From positions 496,001 to 554,298 of the forward strand of contig JAXLNO010005863.1 in assembly GCA_038087875.1 (NCBI GenBank): a DNA stretch of 58,298 nucleotides. The letters are read 5' to 3'. This DNA comes from Malacoraja senta. Its lineage: Eukaryota. The translations under genes were made by a program, and so were the position numbers. This document shows positions 50,789-58,298 of the stretch, one piece after another (the stretch's first letter is position 1; the number at the start of each line of letters is the position of its first letter). The notes beneath the pieces were generated by a model. The model made no database searches, was not told the origin of the DNA, and worked only from the letters and a program-made list of their open reading frames with translations.

Positions 50789-52084
50789 ATACAGATAGAT
50801 TTTCATAAATTCAGTCTTTAGATCTTACCTTTCAGTTCCAGTTGATTCACAAAGTTTCACTGGTTTCACAACTTTGTGTTACAGCACCTCAGCAGCGACT
50901 TTGCTTTCAAGGCTTTGTTCCTCTTCTATCCAGTTAGCAGCACATTCTTCAGACTTCTTAATGCTTTTCTCACTAAATTCAATTACCCTGCTGCAAGTTT
51001 CCACGACATGTATTCCACAGAACAACAAAGAACCTTCATTGGAGTCTCCAGTAAAACAGGCATCAGTGAAGCCCTCTCAGCCATGTTGTGTGCTCCCTGC
51101 CTAGCTAGCCTGAAACAAAGCGCATGATTGGCCAACTGGCTTACACCTCAATGTTAAACGTGCTTTGATTGGACTAAAAATACACTGAAAATTTTCCGTA
51201 TTTTCTCTAATTTAATAAAAATGTGCAAGTCTTGTTCATGACGAGTTTCAGGGGTGATTTATATAAATTTTTTACACAATATGTGAAAATTTCATGTAGT
51301 TTGGTGACTTGGGTCACGAAACACTGGAATAAAGCTCCTCGGCCCACAGCCTAATTATACTTCATCTAAATCTGTGGAAAATTTCATGTAGTTCCGAGAT
51401 GTGGGTCAGGAAAATTGATTACTAGACACATTTTTGATGCTCGGCCCACAGCCTATTTGACTTTTTACAGAATCCGGTCAATGCCAATGACACAATCAAA
51501 TATTTGTTCTTGTTGTAATTGTAGCGGCGGCGTGTTTGGTGCGCATCTGGTTTTTGGCTGTAAAATGAAGCACATAATATCAGAACAAACTCTCAGTTTA
51601 CCAGCAGTGAAGTGGTTGCCAAATATCCTCAATCGAGCAACAGCAATGAAAGTTGATCAAAACTTCCAGATTTAATTGCATTTGAAATCTACATGTGGCA
51701 TAGGGGGATTTGAACAAATCCCCTTGTTAGTTCAGTGCCCTCGATTTTTAATCTAGTATTTTAACAATGAGTCCATTACCATAACATTTGCAAGAATTCT
51801 TCTCGGTACTTTTATTTCCACTTGGGAGATCTTTTGGATTTGTGTTGGGTAGGTAATTTGATTCCTGTACGAATCACTTTATCGTCAAAAATTAGATTCT
51901 TAATGAATTACAATCTCTAATTCAATTTGACATCCTGTTATTTCAGCTCAGCACATTACTTAAATGCAATAATTTTTCTTATTACACCCACAGCTTATTA
52001 CATAAGGGAGAAATGAGAACAACACTATTCTCACGTTTTTTTCCCCCATACAAAATGCTTTTATTCAGAACAAACAAAAATACA

Positions 52085-52640
52085 AAGTAGTAACACGATC
52101 AAAGAATGCCTATATTGGCATTTTACAAAGTTATCATATTAAAATATTAACATTTTTATCAACAATACATTCGACCTCCCGTGGTGACCAGCGTTCACGG
52201 AAGGCTTCCAGAGTCCCCGTGGACATCGCGTGATCCCTCTCCAGGGACACGCAGGCACGGACATAACCCCGGAAAAGGGGCAGGCAGCCGACCGCTGTGC
52301 GGCCGTCGACTGCCTGCTGCCTGGACCCGCGAATGGCCATCTTGGCCAGGCCCAGGAGCAGACCGACAGGGAGACCCCCTACTCCCTCCCGACCCTCCCC
52401 CCTCTGTACCGGGTGCCCAAAAATCAATAACGTCGGACTAAAGTGGAGCCAAAACTTGAGGAGCAGCCCCTTCAGATACTCGAACAGGGGCTGCAACCTC
52501 GAACACTCCATGTAGACGTGGAACATGGTTTTCTATTCTCACCTTGGGAGGAACATATTGAAATGTTGAACTGGAAGCTACTTCCTTTTTGCTGTTACCT
52601 ATGATGCTTCCAGTTGTACATGGAAGATGGTCCAGTTCCT
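52085..52640 (-). mobile_element. Tx1-like LINE 3' end
   Basis: Translation HVYMECSRLQPLFEYLKGLLLKFWLHFSPTLLIFGHPV...LLGLAKMAI...FRERW. Confidence 0.8.
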
Positions 52641-52689
52641 GCAAAGAGATGTGGAAAATTCATTTAAGTATCAAATGTAAATTAGGGGA

Positions 52690-52850
52690 CAATATAGAAT
52701 CAAAGTTAGGTGATTAGTATGGGTGTCAAGGGTTATGGGAAGATGGCAGGAGAATTGGGTTAGGAGGGAGAGATAGATTATCCGCGATTGAATAGCGGAG
52801 TAGACTTGATGGGCCAAATGGCCTAATTCTGCTCCTATCACTTATGACAA
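52690..52850 (+). mobile_element. CR1 3' tail
   Basis: GGGTGTCAAGGGTTATGGGAAG...GGCCAAATGGCCTAATTCTGCTCC. Confidence 0.75.
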
Positions 52851-54314
52851 AAAGAAGATTCTTACTGTGTTTGGACGATTGTGGCAATGGCTGGCATCAC
52901 ATTTACATTGATCGCCACAATTAGACTCGTTCTTCCTGCATGTACAATGCTTGTTGGTGCAACAACCTCTACAGCCACACTGCAGAGGGATAGACCATAA
53001 GTAAAAAGGAATTCATTTAAAATGTTCCGATAATATTTTAGTAGAAAGTAGACATGGTCATCTAGTAAGAGACTAAATGGTCAGTAGGCAAGAACATTGT
53101 GCATTGCTACTCATTTAGTAGCTCGTCTATTTGCAAAATCATGTCTATTGATTTTTGGGCACTGAAACATCAAGATGACACAAAAACAGCAAAAGGGAGC
53201 CCAGAAAGTCAGTTAAAATAAGGCAATGATTTTCTGCAAACCAAGGACAGGCATTAGATGAAGACATTTAGTGGTAGAGATAAAAAGTAGACATATTCAT
53301 ACTTCTGAATAGAGTGAAACAGTTCAGTACAGTTTACAAACTGAAATTCTTTGTTTTGCAGTTCTCCATGGCATGTGGCGAATAAAAAAGCTGGACATCC
53401 AAGAATTCCCCACAGCTGATCACAACACAAGAGACTGCAGGAGGATGTTTCAACACAGCCGAGAAATTGTCAACAATTTCAAACTGTCACAGAAAAAAGT
53501 TTAACATGGTAAAACACATGTCTATTAAATCCACCATATTTCCTGCACACTGCTGTTTCAACTCTATGGTTGGAGTTGTCAAAGTGCAATTGATCAGTGA
53601 GTGAAGTTGGATGGTTGAGGATATTGATCAAGATAAATGGAGCATGCATTCAATTAAAAAAAAGCTGCAGATATTGGAAATTTGAAGTACTGTAAAAGCA
53701 GAAAATGATAGACAAACTCAGCAGGTCAGGCAGTTCTGACTTCAACCTAGAACTTTTAACTGTTTCCTCTACCAGAGGTATTGCCTGACCCACTGTGTAC
53801 ACGCACAGCATTTTGTATGTATTAACAGAACTTGAATTGGGTTGGAGGGAAGGAGATGCAAGTGGGTGCATATGGAAGACAGAATTATCGGTAGAGAATA
53901 TGGAGAATTGCTGGGATTTTGAAGTGGATTCAAGTACCTCGGTCAGATTTTAAAATGTGAGGCAAGATATACATCATATTCCAAACAGATACAAGAGATA
54001 ATGATTAAAAAAAACTTACTCGGAATTTAAGTCTTTCCAGAAGTTGTGCCTCTTGATCATGAGGGGAATCTTTTGACTGATTAGAGTTTTGGGGTAAGAT
54101 CTGAAAAGTGAAGGATTCATAAGATCACTATGGCAGTTTTAAATAGTTATTTATTATAAATCATTGGAGACATTCATTGTAGTGTAGATAATTGGCTCTG
54201 ACTATCCAAATATAGTAATTTGAATTATAATACTGGTTATGTGTAACAAGTTTTCTTCCCCTCATGTTCTTATCTTGCTATGGATTTTTTCACTGAATAA
54301 CATATAACAGGAAA

Positions 54315-54616
54315 NNNNNNNNNNNNNNNNNNNNNNNNNNNNNNNNNNNNNNNNNNNNNNNNNNNNNNNNNNNNNNNNNNNNNNNNNNNNNNNNNNNNNN
54401 NNNNNNNNNNNNNNNNNNNNNNNNNNNNNNNNNNNNNNNNNNNNNNNNNNNNNNNNNNNNNNNNNNNNNNNNNNNNNNNNNNNNNNNNNNNNNNNNNNNN
54501 NNNNNNNNNNNNNNNNNNNNNNNNNNNNNNNNNNNNNNNNNNNNNNNNNNNNNNNNNNNNNNNNNNNNNNNNNNNNNNNNNNNNNNNNNNNNNNNNNNNN
54601 NNNNNNNNNNNNNNNN
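54315..54616. other. Assembly gap
   Basis: Run of N. Confidence 1.
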
Positions 54617-55534
54617 CAATTATCTAGCAGTCACTACCTACAGAGTATAGAATTCCAGAGATACACACAGAGCATTAGTTGCAACACATCTTGGTTTTAA
54701 ATGACTACACTCTTTTGTGACACATGTGAAACATCACAACTATCCTATCATGCTCCTTTGGGATATTATGCATGTTAATAAAATCAGCTGTCATTCTTGT
54801 AAAGAATACAGGTCTAACCTTTTGTAGTCCTTCATAATCAAACATGTTCATCGTGCGGTGAGGTTAATGGCTGGGGAGGCACTGGCTAGTATCAGTGGCC
54901 CGGCCCTCCCTGTTTTGATCACCGCATCTCCCCTGGGAGAGAGAGGGGTGGAGCCTGGGCTGTGTGCGTGAAAAATTTTGGTGAGCCCCAGGTTCCCAGC
55001 CAAGGTCTGTAGAATCATAGAAATGCAAATAAAGTCTATTATAGGCTTTATATCTCTATGGTAGAATGGAAAGTAATCAAAATCTGAGCTTGCAAAGTGC
55101 CTGCGAGTGAATGGACCAAACAGATCGAAGCTACATCTATATTACTAAAAGTAAGATCTTGACCACTTCCTGTTTTTCTGTTTCATGATTTTTGAAAAAA
55201 AAACGCTGCCACTTATGGCTGTGATTTTTGGCCATCCTACTCAGAGTCCCCCTCCGCTGCGCAGGACAAGAGGATTTTTCCCATCGATTAAAATAAAAAG
55301 AGTTATTAATGTTTTTTAAATGTTGACATTCTCTCTGCTGCCCCTGCTGGTGGGAGGGGGAGGGACTATAAAACCAGGAAGTGTTGCGCCTCACTTAGTC
55401 TCTGCAAGATGGAGGAAGCGAGAGGGTCGTATCTCTCTGAGCTGTGAATAACACTGAACACATGTCTACTCAACACATGTCTACTCAACTGTGAGTGCCC
55501 TTAATGTGGTTTGAAAATGAAAATGTGGTTGCTG

Positions 55535-55835
55535 TACTGCAAATGGTTGTTCGTGGTGGTAACTGCTTTGAAATGCTGCACTGCAAATGGTTGTTGGTGG
55601 TGGTAACTGCTTTGAAATGCTGCACTGCAAATGGTTGTTGGTGATGGTAACTGCTTTGAAATGCTGCACTGTAAATGGTTGTTGGTGGTGGTAACTGCTT
55701 TGAAATGCTGCACTGCAAATGGTTGTTGGTGGTGGTAACTGATTTGAAATGCTGCACTGCAAATGGTTGTTGGTGGTGGTGGTAACTGCCTTGAAATGCT
55801 GCACTGCAAATGGTAGTTGGTAGTGGTAACTGGCA
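55535..55835 (+). repeat. About 44-bp minisatellite, about 7 copies
   Basis: Unit AAATGGTTGTTGGTGGTGGTAACTGCTTTGAAATGCTGCACTGC. Confidence 0.95.
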
Positions 55836-56214
55836 CAACTTCCTGTTTGCACTGTATATTGATTTTAGATAAAATGCTACCACTTACGGCTGTGATTTTT
55901 GGCCATCTTACTCGGTCACCCTCCGCTCATCAGGTTCAGAGGAGTCTTCCCATCAATGAAAAATAAAAGTGTTATTAGTGTTTAAAAAAATGTTGTGAAT
56001 CTCTCTCCTGTCAATCACACCATGAAGGCCACGCCCCTTCCAGTGGGAGGGGGAGGGATTATAAAACCGGGATGTGTGGGTGTGGCTCAGTCTCTGCAAG
56101 ATGGGGGAGGGAGAGGTCACGATTGTCTGAGCTGTGAATCAACTGAACACACTAAATGTCTACTGCACTGTGTATGTGGTGTTTATGTGATGTTTTGTGT
56201 GGTTTTATGGTGGT

Positions 56215-56665
56215 TTCACCCTGCTTGAAATGGTATGAATCTGCATTTGAATGTGGTGGCCTTGCACCCTGCTTGAAATGGTATGAAACTGCACTTCAAT
56301 TTGGTTGTCTTGCACCCTGCATGAAGTGGTATGAAACTGCACTTGAATTTGGTGGCCTTGCACCCTGCTTGAAATGGCATTAAACAGCACTGGCATTTGG
56401 TGGCCTTGCACCCTGCTTGGTGGCATGAAACTGCACTTGAATTCGGTGGTCTTGCACCCTGCTTGAAGTGGTAGGCAACTGCACCTGAATTTGGTGGCCT
56501 TGCACCCTGCTTGAAGTGGTATGAAACTGCAATTGAATTTGGTGGCCTTGCACCCTGCTTGAAGTGGTAAGAAACTGCACTTGAATTTGATGGCCTTGTA
56601 CCCTGCTTGAAATGGTGGGAAACTACATTTGAATTTGGTGGCCATGCACCCTGCTTGAAATGCAA
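56215..56665 (+). repeat. About 48-bp minisatellite, about 9 copies
   Basis: Unit CCCTGCTTGAAATGGTATGAAACTGCACTTGAATTTGGTGGCCTTGCA. Confidence 0.95.
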
Positions 56666-57239
56666 CTTCAAGGAATAGCCATGAGTCAACTGCTCGCCCA
56701 CCAGCTATGAGTGAGCTGCCAGCACATCAGGCTTGAGTGACTGAGCTGTCACCCCAAGAATCCATTTGGCTCACAATGTCCATACTAGCCCTCTGGAAAC
56801 CAGTCCCCTCAGCCCACAATACCCATACTAGCACTCCAGTAGCCCCCCCCGCCCCCCCCCCCCACTGGCTACCAATATTGGAATTGGTGGAGAGGTGGAA
56901 TATTGCGTTGGGGACCAGCCCTCCCGTGTGTACGTGGGACCCAGTGGGTCCCACTTAGTCTAGTTTTAATATAAAATTGCATACATGTAAGCCTACAAGT
57001 AACAAACAATATGCGTAGATCAACTCTGAAAAGTACACAGTTACAATACCACTTGTTTTAGTGAATGTGAAATGAAAAAAAAAATTAAATTAACTAGATC
57101 CTGGCAAACCAATAACTATTGGCGAAAAACCAGTCCAGGCATTAAATTTTGGACTTCAGCCCCATCCTACCCTTTGGGCTTCTACCCCATCCTAACAGTT
57201 GTGTGTGTGTGTTAGTTGTCTGTGCGTTATGTGTGTGTG

Positions 57240-57500
57240 TGAGGAGGGAAGGAGAGAAGGGAGGGAGGGAGGGAAGGGAAGGGAGGGAGGAGAGAAGGGA
57301 GTGCGGGAAGCATAGAAAGAAGGGAGGGAGGGAGGGAAGGAGAGAAGGGAAAAAAGAGAGATGAAGGAGAGAAAGAAGGGAGGGAAGGAGGGAAGGAGAG
57401 GTGAAAAGAGAGAGAGGAAGGAGGGAGGGAAGGAGAGGAGGGAGGGAAAAATGGAAGGGAGGGAGGGAAGGAAGGGAAGGAGAGAAGGGAGGGAGAGGGC
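57240..57500 (+). repeat. Polypurine (GGA/GGGA/GAA) low-complexity tract
   Basis: About 260 nt, almost entirely A and G. Confidence 0.95.
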
Positions 57501-57574
57501 CGACGGCGGGAGCAGGTTCCGGGGTCCGGGCGAACACGTGTGAGCTAAGGCCGGTTTGTAAACGTTGCTCCAAA

Positions 57575-57660
57575 CCCCGGCCCAGCCCTCCCTGTGTTGT
57601 TCACCGCGTCTCCCCGGGGAGAGAGAGGGGGGGGGGGAGCCGGGGCTGTGTGCGTGAAGC
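57575..57660 (+). repeat. Unclassified GC-rich dispersed repeat; second copy at 54895-54975
   Basis: CCCTCCCTG...TCACCGC.TCTCCC...GAGAGAGAGGGG...GGGCTGTGTGCGTGAA occurs in both places. Confidence 0.7.
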
Positions 57661-58298
57661 ACGGCGACTGGAGGGGCGGGAGCGCTGCCCTGGGACCGTG
57701 AAGGAACGACCCACCTCCCCCTTCTCCATTCCCCCTCTCACCCCCCTCCCTGTCGACCCCTTGCTTCCCCCTCCCTCCACTCTCCACCCGGGGTAGATCT
57801 ACCCGAGCCGAGAGTACATACAGAGATGGGAAGAGGGATGTAGGGGCTGGTGGGGAGTGGACAAGAATTATAACTACACCATTCTTGAGTACAATCTAGC
57901 CACACAATAGTATAATACTCTGAGTTAAAAGAAGAATGTGTTTTTATTCGTTGGTCCCTTACAAATTATGGAGAAAAGTGCAGAATGATAATAGCATCGG
58001 CTGGATGATCGGGCCTAGTTCCGAGCTTCAGGAAGGACCGTTCAGGAATCTGATAACAGAAGGGAAGAAGCTGCTCCTAAGTCTGGTGGTGCACGCTGTC
58101 AAGCATCTGTACCTTTCGCCAGACGGGAGCGGGGCGAAGAAGGAATGACCGGGGTGGGGCATGACTTAGAGTTGTACAGCACGGAAACAGATCCTTGGGT
58201 CTAACTCGCATACGCCGACCAACATGTCCCATCTACACTTGTCCCAGCTGCTCATGTTTGGCTCTTATCCCTCTAACCCTGTCCTATCCGTGTTCCTG

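Larger units (their letters stand above)
41931..51455 (-). mobile_element. Internally deleted Academ-like DNA transposon hosting the ERV
   Basis: About 100-bp TIRs TAGGCTGTGGGCCGAGCATCAAAAATGTGTC at 41931-42030 and 51356-51455 (TAG...CTA termini). Minus-strand remnants FCGIHVVETCSRV... (about 51030-50830) and ESDEEYSDEDQM* (about 43100-43062). No TSD found; superfamily is an inference. Confidence 0.55.
55136..56963 (+). mobile_element. Complete non-autonomous Helitron
   Basis: 5' A|TCTATATTACTAAAA; 3' hairpin GTGGGACCC-AGT-GGGTCCCAC (56934-56954), then CTAG|T; no TSD. Confidence 0.85.

Noticed and set aside
55481-56701. Repeat arrays as a CRISPR array or repetitive protein gene
   Set aside because: The units are contiguous with no unique spacers, the DNA is vertebrate, and the arrays lie inside a Helitron.
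57142-57796. Leu/Pro/Ser-rich and Arg/Glu/Gly-rich ORFs
   Set aside because: They are polypurine low-complexity translations.

Overview
Vertebrate genomic DNA, most likely a skate or ray. This is inferred from the repeat content: CR1/HER1-type LINEs, V-SINE-like SINEs and Penelope-derived short repeats. Most of the window is repeat-derived, and there are two N gaps. Host genes: (1) a single 276-nt phase-1/phase-1 MHC class I-like alpha2 exon (1921-2196) with non-classical residues; (2) a five-exon NXPE3-like gene (8350-25928) whose last exon carries a frameshifting deletion exactly where a 1.46-kb tandem duplication begins. Mobile elements form a deep nest. A structurally complete DIRS1-type tyrosine-recombinase retrotransposon (35593-40564, with ITRs and ICR) interrupts a Cys-rich transposase-like remnant. 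An oppositely oriented copy of the same Academ-like family (41931-51455) creates a ~2.4-kb palindrome and hosts an endogenous retrovirus (43889-50788; both LTRs, 5-bp TSD, tRNA-Pro PBS). There is also a complete non-autonomous Helitron (55136-56963) and a Harbinger-type MITE. The most novel candidate is the ERV env, whose SU N-terminus resembles an immunoglobulin V-set domain of the CD300/pIgR type. The provirus interior is a C-poor mosaic of unrelated decayed sequence in place of most of gag-pol. All alignments and motif calls were made by eye; no database searches were run.
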